A DNA stretch of 63,150 bases, the filler included, from Octopus bimaculoides (Eukaryota): NCBI RefSeq assembly GCF_001194135.2. It is 7 parts of 7 records of this genome, joined end to end, with 100 filler letters (N's around TTAATTAATTAA, not from the genome) between each part and the next. Parts side by side here need not be neighbours in the genome. Positions count along the whole stretch, not along the records: positions 39,858 to 51,801 come from NC_068995.1; positions 51,902 to 54,718 come from NC_068984.1; positions 54,819 to 63,150 come from NC_068981.1; 4 more parts are not named here. One strand, written 5' to 3'. The position numbers and the translations under genes are program-made. The stretch's first letter is position 1; each line of letters starts with the position of its first letter. The notes below the pieces were generated by a model. The model made no database searches. It had not been told where the DNA came from and worked only from the letters and a program-made list of their open reading frames with translations. Shown here in pieces: positions 50,180 to 62,821 of the stretch.

Positions 50180-50402
50180 TGACGTGCATACTTCGTTCAG
50201 ACAGATACAGCGCGATTCAGCATGAAAGAGAATGTGACAAGGGTGGCTCTTTAAAATACAGGTACTACTCATTCTTGCAAGATGAGTGGATTGAAACAAC
50301 GAGAAATAAAAAGTCTTAATCCAGATACAACTTGACCCGGGAATCGAACACACGACCATACGACCTTGAGTCGAATACTCTAACCACTGAGCCATACGTC
50401 CT
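50180..50402 (-). mobile_element. SINE head H1 + partial tail T1 (diverged)
   Basis: ctctaaccactgagccat / gggaatcgaacacacgaccatacg / tttaaaatacaggtactactcatt. Confidence 0.65.
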
Positions 50403-50628
50403 CAAAATTGTTTGAGATATACTGTAGCTGTCGAGATATGTTTTGTATAGAAATTCGTATAAAAATATAAATTACGGCGTGTTGACTTGCTCTGGATAGC
50501 GAAATACGCTATGATTCATCTGTTGTTGTTCTTGGGAAAGAATATAGAGGCTAATGACACGGTTGTAGAAAGGCGAGTGAAGAAAAGGAAGAAGTGAGAA
50601 AGTAATATTAGGTAGAAGCTGTAGGGGG

Positions 50629-50695
<67 letters not shown>

Positions 50696-51014
50696 GTGAT
50701 GCGAGTGCGAAGAGGACAATGTGAGTAGTGTGGAAGAGGAGAAGTGTGAGAGGAAGTAAATTGACGGGGAGGTGAGGGCAAGAGCCGGGTCAATTGAAAT
50801 AAGAGAAATGTGGTGAGACCCAGGTCAAATAAATTATGTGTGGACTCAGCGATAATGTTGATCAGAACGAACAGGGCGATGGACGAAAGGACATTTGCCG
50901 AACAAAACAAGTGTGCAGAGAAATTCGGTGGGGAGAATGAGAAAATGAGCGTGTGAAGAAAGACAGTAATGAATTTTGAGAAGTGATATAGATTAGTAAA
51001 ACAAATGAATAAAC

Positions 51015-51107
<93 letters not shown>

Positions 51108-53118
51108 GTCAGAGTGCTGAAATAATAAAAAGCATACATCAAGGAACAATGTGCAGTAGCTGCAAAAAATATTGGCTTTTACTACAAACTTTTACCGCCA
51201 CTCCCTCTCGCTTTAATTCTTCCCTCATTACCCCCTCATTCTCGCTCCTCGCGCTGCCTTTTCCTTGGCATTTCCCACGTCTATCGACTCACATTAATCT
51301 TTCACCTGTTTCTTCTTTCATTCAACTTTGGTACTAACCTCTTCTTTTCTCCCTCTCTACACAATAATAAGTTTTAGAAAACTTGTATTTTCGTTCTTCA
51401 GATGAAACCAACGCTCTGTATTCACTGAAAAATAATCACAAATGCATATTACCATGATTTTGCTTAGAGATATATGGTAGTCTCTCCCTAATATCCAGTC
51501 TCTCTGCATGCCTCAGTAGTCGATACTATAATTGTTGCGTGCTCAAGCTGAGTTTTGATTAAGCAGAACGGATATTAAAGGTAATCTAGTCATGACCATC
51601 TCAGATGAGAAAAGAGGAAAACGAGATCGCTTTTTTCGTCAAGTTGAGTGGCAAAGTAGTGTTCCTTCAAATTCTAGTGGCATCCACAATGGAGTTGGAT
51701 ATGGTGCACTCGTTCAGAACGTATCAATAACTCGTTGTCGACATATGAAGGAACTTTTGCTGTCATTGTTATTGCTATTGTTCATGCGGATGATATATAT
51801 ANNNNNNNNNNNNNNNNNNNNNNNNNNNNNNNNNNNNNNNNNNNNTTAATTAATTAANNNNNNNNNNNNNNNNNNNNNNNNNNNNNNNNNNNNNNNNNNN
51901 NTATATATATATATATATATATATTTGTGTATGTATGTATGTATGTATGTATGTATGTATGTATGTATGTATGTACGTATGCTTGATATTTTTACTGTTA
52001 GCAGAATGTTATGGTCCACAGAATGGCCTTCTCATAGATATTAAGAACAGAAACTCTAAGTTCAGAAATAAATTGCTTGAACGATGAATGAAATTTTGAG
52101 TATAATATGATGAAAGAGAAAAATAAAGCAGGAGATAGATAAATTGATAGATAAAGAGAAAATGGGGAAAGCAGAAAGGATGACGTAGGTGGGGAATGAG
52201 ATAGAAATATATAGATAAAGAAAAGTGAAAAAGAGAGTGTGGAAGAGACAGAGAGAGAGAGAGAGAGCGATAATTAGAGTGGAGTGAAATGAGAGAGAAG
52301 GCGAGCTAGGGTAATATAGAGAGGCAGAGAGACAGAGAAGAGATAAGAAAAAAATTATGGCAGAAAAGGGGAAGAAAGAGTAGAGAAAATACGTGTGTGT
52401 CCGCGCTTATATCTGTCTGGGTGAATATGTATTTATTCATACTCATACGTGTGTGTGTGCGTGCATGTGTATACGTACATATATATATATATATANNNNN
52501 NNNNNNNNNNNNNNNNNNNNNNNNNNNNNNNNNNNNNNNNNNNNNNNNNNNNNNNNNNNNNNNNNNNNNNNNNNNNNNNNNNNNNNNNNNNNNNNNNNNN
52601 NNNNNNNNNNNNNNNNNNNNNNNNNNNNNNNNNNNNNNNNNNNNNNNNNNNNNNNNNNNNNNNNNNNNNNNNNNNNNNNNNNNNNNNNNNNNNNNNNNNN
52701 NNNNNNNNNNNNNNNNNNNNNNNNNNNNNNNNNNNNNNNNNNNNNNNNNNNNNNNNNNNNNNNNNNNNNNNNNNNNNNNNNNNNNNNNNNNNNNNNNNNN
52801 NNNNNNNNNNNNNNNNNNNNNNNNNNNNNNNNNNNNNNNNNNNNNNNNNNNNNNNNNNNNNNNNNNNNNNNNNNNNNNNNNNNNNNNNNNNNNNNNNNNN
52901 NNNNNNNNNNNNNNNNNNNNNNNNNNNNNNNNNNNNNNNNNNNNNNNNNNNNNNNNNNNNNNNNNNNNNNNNNNNNNNNNNNNNNNNNNNNNNNNNNNNN
53001 NNNNNNNNNNNNNNNNNNNNNNNNNNNNNNNNNNNNNNNNNNNNNNNNNNNNNNNNNNNNNNNNNNNNNNNNNNNNNNNNNNNNNNNNNNNNNNNNNNNN
53101 NNNNNNNNNNNNNNNNNN

Positions 53119-53157
<39 letters not shown>

Positions 53158-53950
53158 CTTTTTTGTATAGCAGTCTTTATAATATGGGTTGAGTGTAATA
53201 TATTATTTAATAAGAGGGAATCAAAAAAAGGGGACTTATGATAAGTCTGTTTGCGCCATCCAAATTGTTTTACGCTTAGTGTTCGAATTATAGTGTCTAT
53301 TGAAAATATAATTACCGTATATACGATAGTTATTGAGCTTGGTTACTGTATTCATTCTAAAACAAAAATGTTATCTGTTATCTGTACGTTAGGATGTCAC
53401 ATATAAAAATAGTTGAAAGGCAAAAACTCAGTGTAGGTGTTATGAAAATATAAGTGCAACAAACAGCCAATGGAATTTATACTGTGATCACTTGATTGAA
53501 ATTTTTGGGAAACAAGGACAATGCAGACGGGAGTGAAACATGTCTTTAAAGCTAGTTAGTGACTGCAAAAATTGGACATGTGCTATCTGTTAGACCTTCT
53601 CAGTCATGTGTATTCTAGCCGGGAAGTAAGACTGAGTGATCAACATCCATAAGTAGACATATGTGTATATGTGAATGTGTGTGTGTGTGTGCGCGCTTGT
53701 GTATGCGTGTGTGTGAATGTTTGTGAATTTCTTGTGAGTGTGTGTGTGTGTATGTATGTCCATATGTGTGTGAGTGTGCATATGTCCATGTGTGTATGTA
53801 TACATAAAGAGAGAGAAAGAGAGTGGGAGAGCGAGAGAGAGAAAGGCATTGGAACGAAAGTGACGTTGACTATATCAATAAAATGGCCTACAGAATTTAC
53901 CTGAAGAGTGTATTCTTTACATTAAATACATAGACAGTGCGCTATCACAA

Positions 53951-54161
53951 ACGAGGGGACGCTAAAAATTCCTGGCTTTCAGGGTGTCGGAAAAGGCCTG
54001 TTGGAGGTCCAACCTTCCGAGTTCCTTTTACTGGGCTTAGAAAAACAAGGACCGTTACAATAAATGTATGAATTTAAGAGGGGGATACGTTGAATAAAAC
54101 ATGATTAACTGATCTTTTATTTTTTTTTACCCAGAGCCAGGAACTTTTAGGCATACCCCTC
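53951..54161. mobile_element. Mariner-type MITE, ~210 bp
   Basis: acgaggggacgctaaaaattcctggctt vs the reverse complement of gagccaggaacttttaggcatacccctc (imperfect ~28-bp TIRs). Confidence 0.7.
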
Positions 54162-54677
54162 AGCATATCTGTTATATTTCTATCAACATCTTTGATGCTT
54201 CGTCAACTAATCTCAATGAATGACGGGTAATTTATTTTATCTACAGCAGACTGAGGAAAAGATAAATTAACCGTGACATGCACTGTTTACTCAAAATGTC
54301 AACTTATCACGTCTGAGAATATATATCTCATTAACTGGTACACTAATGTATTGGCTAGTTTTCGAACAATTTCCTGTTCGGTTGTTATATGAAGAGGGCG
54401 CTCCAGCCATTACAAAAATGTCCTTTAAGGTGTTTGTCGAACTAAATAATCCAACGTGTGTTTTCCTTATTTAAAACACTATGATTTGACTTGAGTGAGA
54501 TTTGGCTGTTTTTACCATGTGAAGCGGCCACATTGAGGTTCAATTGTTGGCTTATCTCGTGTGCTGTTGTCATTTGGTCCCAAGCCAAGCGTAACGGAAC
54601 AAACAAATATTGAAATATAATCCGTCCAAGTCCATTTTATTTTCTCATATATATATATCATACTTTAAGTATAGCTA

Positions 54678-54718
<41 letters not shown>

Positions 54719-54862
54719 NNNNNNNNNNNNNNNNNNNNNNNNNNNNNNNNNNNNNNNNNNNNTTAATTAATTAANNNNNNNNNNNNNNNNNNNNNNNNNN
54801 NNNNNNNNNNNNNNNNNNTATATATATATATATATATATTCTCTCTCTGTTTATTTCCTCAT

Positions 54863-54905
54863 ATTCTTTTCTGTTGAAGAGCGTAGGCTCGAAACGTAAA
54901 AGAAT
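54863..54905 (+). ncRNA. Minimal type-I hammerhead-like motif in a PLE terminal repeat (54840-54990)
   Basis: TTTT-CTGTTGA-A-GAGC-GTAG-GCTC-GAAACGTA-AAAG: stem I (TTTT/AAAG), stem II (GAGC/GCTC), palindromic ACGT stem III, and a GUA cleavage triplet. The core deviates from CUGANGA. Confidence 0.55.
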
Positions 54906-55164
54906 TTCTCACTTTCCCGAGCGTCAAACTAATGCACCTGCTTGTTGTTTATACAGCTGTCTTCGTCTTTTGTTTTTCTGTAAATTTCAAATATATATAT
55001 ATATACATGCATATATAGGTACAAGACGTCACCAACGGTGCAAATAACGTGAAATACGTAAACAAACGAGGGGAAAACGAGTGAAATATATAAAGAACGA
55101 GAAAAAAAATGGAACACAGAACAACTAAACACAGAGAAAGGCCCTTCATTAGTTGTCGCCTGAT

Positions 55165-55347
55165 ATATGACAACCAGTGTTGGATTGTTTTCGTTCCCAT
55201 AGATTAGCGGTTCAGTAAAATAAACCAAGAGAAGAAGTACCAGATTTATAAATAAGTACAGGGGTCGACTTGTTCAGTTAAACCGTTCAAGCTCTGCTTC
55301 AACATGGTCGCAGTCCAATGACTGAAGTAAGTAAAAGACAAAAGATA
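55165..55347 (+). mobile_element. SINE family B, 3' half (diverged)
   Basis: gacaacc...ttagcggttcagtaaa...aataagtacaggggtcgacttgttc...gcagtccaatgactgaa. Confidence 0.65.
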
Positions 55348-55629
55348 AGCGAAAAATATTTCGTTGTGTCTGAGAAGGAGAAACACGTCGCGGTGGAGTG
55401 TCCTTCTTAACGGAAAATAAGAGAAAAGGATGGTTGTCAGGTTTGTTAATAAAGAATTTGACAAGTATTGGATCCTTCTCAACACAACCATCTCTCAGCT
55501 AAAACTTTCAGCATTGATGATATACATTCAATATGAGTGATTGATGTTTCATTCTCATCGATATCGTCTGATATTTGCTTTATTCTGTAAATGAAGGTAC
55601 CATAGAATGAATGTTGGGAAACGACCGAC

Positions 55630-55712
55630 AAACAACCTTGCCCGGACTTGTGCCTCGGAGGGTAACTTTCTAGGTGCAATCCCATGGTCCTTCACAACCG
55701 AAGGGGGTCTCC
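55630..55712 (+). mobile_element. SINE tail T3 fragment
   Basis: aaacaaccttgcccggacttgtgcctcggagggtaactttctaggtgcaatcccatggtc matches 26105-26190. Confidence 0.6.
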
Positions 55713-57229
55713 TCATATATATATAAGAGGAGNNNNNNNNNNNNNNNNNNNNNNNNNNNNNNNNNNNNNNNNNNNNNNNNNNNNNNNNNNNNNNNNNNNN
55801 NNNNNNNNNNNNNNNNNNNNNNNNNNNNNNNNNNNNNNNNNNNNNNNNNNNNNNNNNNNNNNNNNNNNNNNNNNNNNNNNNNNNNNNNNNNNNNNNNNNN
55901 NNNNNNNNNNNNNNNNNNNNNNNNNNNNNNNNNNNNNNNNNNNNNNNNNNNNNNNNNNNNNNNNNNNNNNNNNNNNNNNNNNNNNNNNNNNNNNNNNNNN
56001 NNNNNNNNNNNNNNNNNNNNNNNNNNNNNNNNNNNNNNNNNNNNNNNNNNNNNNNNNNNNNNNNNNNNNNNNNNNNNNNNNNNNNNNNNNNNNNNNNNNN
56101 NNNNNNNNNNNNNNNNNNNNNNNNNNNNNNNNNNNNNNNNNNNNNNNNNNNNNNNNNNNNNNNNNNNNNNNNNNNNNNNNNNNNNNNNNNNNNNNNNNNN
56201 NNNNNNNNNNNNNNNNNNNNNNNNNNNNNNNNNNNNNNNNNNNNNNNNNNNNNNNNNNNNNNNNNNNNNNNNNNNNNNNNNNNNNNNNNNNNNNNNNNNN
56301 NNNNNNNNNNNNNNNNNNNNNNNNNNNNNNNNNNNNNNNNNNNNNNNNNNNNNNNNNNNNNNNNNNNNNNNNNNNNNNNNNNNNNNNNNNNNNNNNNNNN
56401 NNNNNNNNNTTACACACATAGATACGCACAGCGTAATTTATTATATAAACAATATATGCGTATAAATTACGATTAAACCGGATGAAATATGTCACAGGGA
56501 ATAACATTTTTATGACCGCCCAGCAGTAACTCTATTCAGCTGAATAGACGTCAGTGATTGGTTGAAATTACAGAAATACGACAACTTTAACATGGAATAA
56601 CTTGCGATGTACGTTTTTTTTGTTAAGAAGACTAAGAGTAAAAGATGTTTTATATGACACATTCTACCAAGTTTCAAAGTGTTTCGTTAGTGTTTCGTTA
56701 AGAAAATACTGGTGCCCCCGTTTTGAAATAGATCCGAGATTTCATAATACACTAATTGGTTACCTTCTCTTTCTTACTCACAACCACAATTTCCTTCCCC
56801 GACAACATCTTGGTAACGTTTTTGTCATCGATATTCTATTGATATAACATCGATCTACAATCAATGCAATTTTTCCTCTTTCCTCTCCTTTTTCTTTCAG
56901 ATAAAGCATTATATCTTTTTCGTCTGAGGTACACTGTCTATCATTCAACAACCAAATTCTAGTCTTTCCTTTGGCATGCATATATTGGCAATCTTCACCT
57001 ACTGCTAACATTTGTCCATACCATTCTTTTAATTCCCTGCTCTATATCACTAATACGTAAGATCGATTGATCGATCTACTTATTGCTTCAACTATCTGTG
57101 TTATCAATTTATCAGTTCATATTTTTTTATGTATATATATAAACACCTTGTTTTTATGTATGTGTATCTCGTCTGTCTGCTGACGCACAGACAGTAAGAG
57201 AGAAGGACGAGAGAGACAGATAGAGAGAT

Positions 57230-57284
<55 letters not shown>

Positions 57285-57759
57285 GTGTGTGTGTGTATGT
57301 GTATGCGTGTAAATGTGTAAGTATGTATATATATGTGTATGTATATGTATGTATATGTAAATGTGTATGTTTGTATATATATATGTATATATATATGTAT
57401 ATATATAAATGTATGAATGCGTACGCAAGCATGCATATATATATACTGTACATACATTTTTCAAGCTAGGTGAGCTCTCGATCTATAATTGATGGTAAGT
57501 GATCATCAGAGAAAGATACATGCATACATATGTACATACATATATATATTTATATGTATATATATATATATATATNNNNNNNNNNNNNNNNNNNNNNNNN
57601 NNNNNNNNNNNNNNNNNNNNNNNNNNNNNNNNNNNNNNNNNNNNNNNNNNNNNNNNNNNNNNNNNATATATATACATATTTATATATACATTCAAACACA
57701 GACACACACACACACATATACATACACACACATACACACACACGCACATACACACACAC

Positions 57760-57817
<58 letters not shown>

Positions 57818-58089
57818 GGGGGAGAAAGAGGGAGAGAGAGAGAATCTGAATGTTTTAGTTGAGAATTTGGGATTATTTCGCACTGGTACTTCCGTAGTAT
57901 TGCCCTCATCTTAATATAGCACAACGTTTTGACTGTTGTACCCTCTGGCCTATTTGATGTGAAGGGCACATTTGATATGTTTCTCGGAATTTCGAACCAA
58001 ACATTTTATTAAATTCACGGTGATAGGCGATAGACTGTCTACAATCTGCTGTACATACCACGGATATTTGCGTGATAATTATTCTCCCG

Positions 58090-58381
58090 CTTGTGGCGTC
58101 GCTCGCTTGCTCTGTTTGAACAAGTGTACGAAAGATGCCTCAGTCGTTGCAACCAACAAGGTCATCGGAGCTGTTCTCTGGAGCTGGTTCCTGCGTCCAT
58201 TAAACGCTTCAATTTCTTCCTCTCTAAAAGAGTCTACACTGATCTTTGGAAGCATGTTACAGTGAGTATCATTCCTCACAAAAGTAACCTTTCTGATCCT
58301 GCCAACTATCATCCTGTTTCAATCACAATATTTCAAATGTATTAGAGACAGCCATTAGTAACCACGTTCTCCGATACCCTG

Positions 58382-58444
<63 letters not shown>

Positions 58445-58710
58445 CTCTCACTACCTCTCTCTGCCTTTCTCTCTCCACCTCTCTCCCTCTCCCCCAAATA
58501 ATCACCAGTATGATTCCCCTAAAGCAAGGTCTACTACAGACCTATTCTTGTGTCACCTGCCAACGGATTTTGGAGAGAGTTGATGAAAGCAGTGCTACTG
58601 CGTCCGACATGAATAAATCTTTCAACAGTTTCTGGAATTACAAATCTGTCGAAACTGCCAGCCTATGAACTCTATCTGTCTCATCTCTTGGATCGGCAAT
58701 TTCCATCATA
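58090..58710 (+). mobile_element. CR1-like LINE RT fragment interrupted by (CT)n
   Basis: CSLELVPA..KRFNFFLS.RV...LWKHVTV..IP.K.N.SDPANYHPVSIT, then after the (CT)n at ~58385-58495, NHQYDSPKARST.DL. Confidence 0.7.
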
Positions 58711-59092
58711 TTTCCCTCTCATGATGTTTCAAGGGTTGAACAGAAAGAATACAAGGAGAAAGGTTAGACGAAAGCAGAGTAAAAGGGAAAGTAAACGAAA
58801 ACTAAACGGACGGGAAATTAGATAACGACACGATACACGGAATATTCGTAGCTGAGTTTTTTTCTTCAGTCAAACACGCAAAATATCATAGCAGTTGCAC
58901 GCCAATTACCTTTGATACTGCTCAATTTTGCAAGCGCTAGTACTTTTATTAAGCTACTGGGAAAAAGCTAGCGAATGTGTGCTAAGACAGAAACAAACAA
59001 GACATTATATAAATACAACAGACAACAAATTATGCATATATAACAGCACGAAGCCTTACGGCTATATACAAACGAAGAAAAAATTAGTAATG

Positions 59093-60602
59093 CACTGAAC
59101 CGTTAAAGAAACGCGAGACGTGTGTGACTGTGAAATATGTTTTAATTTCATTATGTCAGAGATAAATTTTGATAAATCTGATAAAGTCAATTTCTTGGAT
59201 GCACTTTGACCATAATCTGTGGGTTGTTGTCATGTGTTCTGGTAGTGGACGGATCCAGCACATCAAGATTATAGGGCATGATATGTTCAATACCATGTAT
59301 GCCCTCTCTGGGTGTTTAAAACGGCCATATACCGTCGGTGCATGGAGTGCATGAGGCGGTTCACAAAAGCCATTGGCACTTGTGCCCACACCCTGAGGAA
59401 AGCTGCCCCCAGTTGCACACGAGTTGGGACCACCTGGTTTAGCCGTCACTGGATTCCATCCCACAGATGTTCAATTGAGTTCAAATCCAGGCTGACAGTC
59501 AGCTACAGCATGGTTCTCGTGTTGTGCTGACGCAAGAAGTCCATGGTAACCCTGGCCGTGTGGGAGGGAGCATTGTCCTGCTGGAACACGTGGCTATGGT
59601 GACGTATGAAGAAGGGCCCGATGTGCGGTCTTAGGATCTGGTCAACGTAGCGCTGTGCTGTGGTGCCATTCCCTCTGCCTCCACCAACGTTTTGGAACAC
59701 ATGGGGCCCAATTCTTGAATTTAGGCCTATAGTACCCCAAACCATGATGCAACCCCACGCGTCTCTCTAGCATTCACTTCTCTGTATGCGTCTCTGTAGC
59801 ATTCACTTCTCCTACGCCACACCCTAACTCTGCCATGCGAGGTGGAAACGCAGTACCGGCTCTCGTCAGAGAAGACTATCGACTTCCATTGTTGATGCCG
59901 CCAATGTCGGTGCTGTGTAGCCCACTGTAGTCGTGCCTGACGGTGGCAGGTGGTGAGGACAGGCCCTCGAGCAGGACGACGGCAACGCGGGTTGTTGGCA
60001 GCCAGTCGACGTTGTTCCGTGTCGTCGCTGATGGGTCGCTGTCCAGTGCTAATGGTCTCACGAGCTGTCACACTGACCGGTCTGAAGCGATCACAGAGGT
60101 ATTGCAGGTGGATGAAGCGGTCCTGCCTAAGCGTGGTCACCCGAGGGCGCCCTCTGCAGTGCTGTTGGTGTTGTTGTATCGCTGTTACAGGCGATAGATG
60201 ATGCTGATATGAACATTGTAAGCTTTCGTAGCAACCAGGGTACACTGCCCTGCTTGCAATCGGCCGATAGTTTGTTCTCTCTGCGCTGCTGACAATCGGG
60301 TCATACCTGATGCGTCCAAATTACTAATGCCAGGAATGCGGTTCAAGTTGATTTTTGTACCCATGATCTCCACGAGATGCACGTACATTTCGGTTTTCAT
60401 GGCAAATGTTTGCGACTGCAATCCACGGCATTCAACGTAGCTGCGTTTTGGCGTCTCGTTTCAGGGAAAGTCGAAAGGTTACCTGCAATTTGGGTCTCAG
60501 CCATAAACCAGCATGTCTTGGAATATTTACACTAACATGCCCGAAATAAATTTTCAGAATTTACCATATAAAAATGACATTTGAAAAAATCGCGTTTCAG
60601 TG
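59093..60602 (-). mobile_element. Complete-length Tc1-family DNA transposon (1510 bp), inactive
   Basis: Left terminus CACTGAACCGTTAAAGAAACGCGA; right terminus TCGCGTTTC-AGTG followed by TA (right TIR lacks 11 bp). Left flank is TG instead of TA. Confidence 0.9.
59287..60304 (-). pseudogene. Tc1 transposase pseudogene (DD34E)
   Basis: MTRLSAAQRE...GRPRVTT..QDRFI...WKSIVFSDESRY...GCIMVWG...FQQDNAPSHTAR...SLDLNSIEHLW. 34 residues between the second D and E; stops and frameshifts present. Confidence 0.95.
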
Positions 60603-60917
60603 TAATTATACATGTACCACAAATACAACAGAAAGAGCTTTGCAGCTGTCGAACAAACTGAGCGGGCTTGCGCAAAGAGAAGATAAAGTAAGTCCTAGAG
60701 TACAGAACAGACGTAGGAAGAGCGTGCTCAATCAAATCTGATGACTCAGTATTCGGTTTAGTCACTCGCTCTCTTCTTTACCTTCACATCTAACAACGTT
60801 CACTCTAACTCAATCGATACAGATTTTCATTCTTCCCTAATCTTCCCCAACCATACGTCAACCACATGCTCCAAGGTAACCCACGCTAAACCTACACTAG
60901 TTAAAAGACGAAAACCA

Positions 60918-60983
60918 CAAAAGCATCCTCAGTACCAATAGAAAATAAAACAAAAGCATCCTCAGTATCAATAGAAAATAAAA
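60918..60983 (+). repeat. 33-bp tandem duplication
   Basis: caaaagcatcctcagta(c/t)caatagaaaataaaa x2, one mismatch, plus a partial third unit. Confidence 0.9.
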
Positions 60984-61299
60984 CACAAGCGCTATCCAGA
61001 CAGCGTCATTGCATCCCAACCTCGCTTAACAGCATGCAACTATAAATGTCGTGATCGCTGCACATGTGAGCTTTCGCTATTACCGATGATTATTCCACGT
61101 GTAAGATACAAGTATAGTACCTTACAGTGAGCGGCAGTCGGTTCCCTTCGGGAGTTGGCCAGGATCTTATTTAGCTCCAATTCACGCATCTGGATCACGT
61201 AAGGCTCCACAGATGCTGCTGTACACAGCATTGGCCACACCCTAGTTCCAGGTTTTGACTGACCAGCTAGACTACATGAGTGAACCCAAGGGTTATGCC

Positions 61300-61410
61300 T
61301 GATAAAAGGAATCGATCCCGAAAAAAATGAAAGGCAAAGTCGACCTCAGAACATAAAGACGGACGAAACGCCGCCAAGTATTTTTCCCGGAATTGCCAGC
61401 TCGCCGTCTT
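61300..61410 (-). mobile_element. SINE family A fragment
   Basis: atgaaaggcaaagtcgacctcagaacataaagacggacgaaacgccgcc.agtattt. Confidence 0.55.
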
Positions 61411-61893
61411 GTAAACCACGAGTAATATTAAGCTGTCTTGTGTTTTCATCAAGTACATCTGGATTTAATTTAGCAAGTGTGTATCTTATTACAGAAAAAA
61501 AGTAATTTTCAATTATTGGAATTCCACGTAAAGGAAAAATAACAAAATTAACTGATATTTTCCCAATAAAAGTAATTTAAGCAAAAAGAAAAAAATTTTG
61601 TTTAAAAGAAAAATTAAATATTTCACCATGAATTTGAAAATTAATATATTTTTCCTTTTTTTTTCTTCTTTTCTCTTTCAATATTATCATTCCACAAGGA
61701 TGGTCTCGTTTTTAATCGTTTCATATTATGCATGTATTTTTATTTTCTCTGCGCAGTTTGCATCGTCGAAAAGGAAACCTAATCGCGTATCGAGTGTTTA
61801 GTCGTTGGTTAACCAACGGTAAATTCAATTCGGTATTCATATCTTTAGGCATGTTGCAAGACCGATTTTTACAAAGTGTCAGGCAGTTTAATC

Positions 61894-62430
61894 CAGTGGT
61901 TTCCAACCATTTTTTTGCTTTTGGACCCCTTTGATTCCGATTTTATTATCGTTGACCCCACCCTTAGCCCTTCGACATATTTTTATAATGAAATATTATT
62001 AACAATTGTATAAAAAAAAATTCTTGAAATATTTTGTGTACTGTAAAAGTATAACATGGCCTAGTGGTTAGAGCAGCAGACTTGCGGTCGAGAGATCGCG
62101 GGTTCGAATCTCAGACTGAGTGATGTGTATGTTTATGAGCGAAACACCTAAGCCCCACGCGGCTCCGGCAGAAGGTGATAGCGAACTTCTGCTGACTCTT
62201 TCGCCACAACTTTCTCTCACTCTTTCCTCCTGTATCTAGCAGCTCACCTGTGACGGACCGGCGTCCCGCCCAGGTGGGGAACCTATACGCCATTGAAACC
62301 TGGAAACTGGCCCTTATGAGCCAGGCATGGCTCTCGAGAAGGAACAAACAGCAACAACAAAAGTATAACCAATTTATTGCACATAAATTTTAACAATAGG
62401 ATCTTATGTGGACCCCGGATGAGAACTATT
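61894..62430. mobile_element. hAT-type MITE carrying a nested SINE
   Basis: Termini CAGTGGTTTCCAACC / GGATGAGAACTATTG; 8-bp flanks GTTTAATC vs GTTCAACC (6/8) fit a decayed hAT TSD. Confidence 0.6.
62056..62358 (+). mobile_element. tRNA-derived SINE, head H2 + tail T2, with 11-bp TSD
   Basis: Head ggcctagtggttagagcagcagacttgcgg...ggttcgaatc; tail cctgtgacggaccggcgtcccgcccagg...(CAA)n; AAAAGTATAAC at 62045-62055 and 62359-62369. Confidence 0.95.
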
Positions 62431-62469
62431 GGTTCAACCAATTAGATCAATATCCAGTTTACAGCTGGT

Positions 62470-62765
62470 ACTTCTCATCACTAGCAGAACCAGTGGAGCA
62501 TCAGACAATAACCTTATGGGTTTTGCTTACACCCTATTATCTTCTGTGCTCAAATCCCGACGAGACTATTTTTGCCTTTCATCCTTCCAGGGTTCCACTG
62601 GTACTTGTCGTTAGCAGAACCAGTAAAACATCGGACAAATGACTTGCGAAGTTTAGTAACATCGCATTACGTTCTGAGTTCAAATCCCACAGTGGTCATC
62701 TTTGCCTTTCAAACTTGAGGGTCGACAGGACCATGTACCGTTCAAGTACTAGGGGGTCGATTTAA
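62470..62765 (+). mobile_element. Tandem pair of diverged SINE family A copies
   Basis: 'tagcagaaccagt...catc.gacaa' and 'tttgcctttca' each occur twice, ~130 bp apart. Confidence 0.55.
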
Positions 62766-62821
62766 TAATTTTATATTGCACCATAACAGAAAAACAAAGG
62801 AAAAGAAAGTAACTTGAGGAA

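Noticed and set aside
60646-60687. Possible 42-nt plus-strand micro-exon (TTTGCAG|...AAA|GTAAGT, LSNKLSGLAQREDK)
   Set aside because: No recognisable motif; such site pairs are expected by chance in 63 kb.
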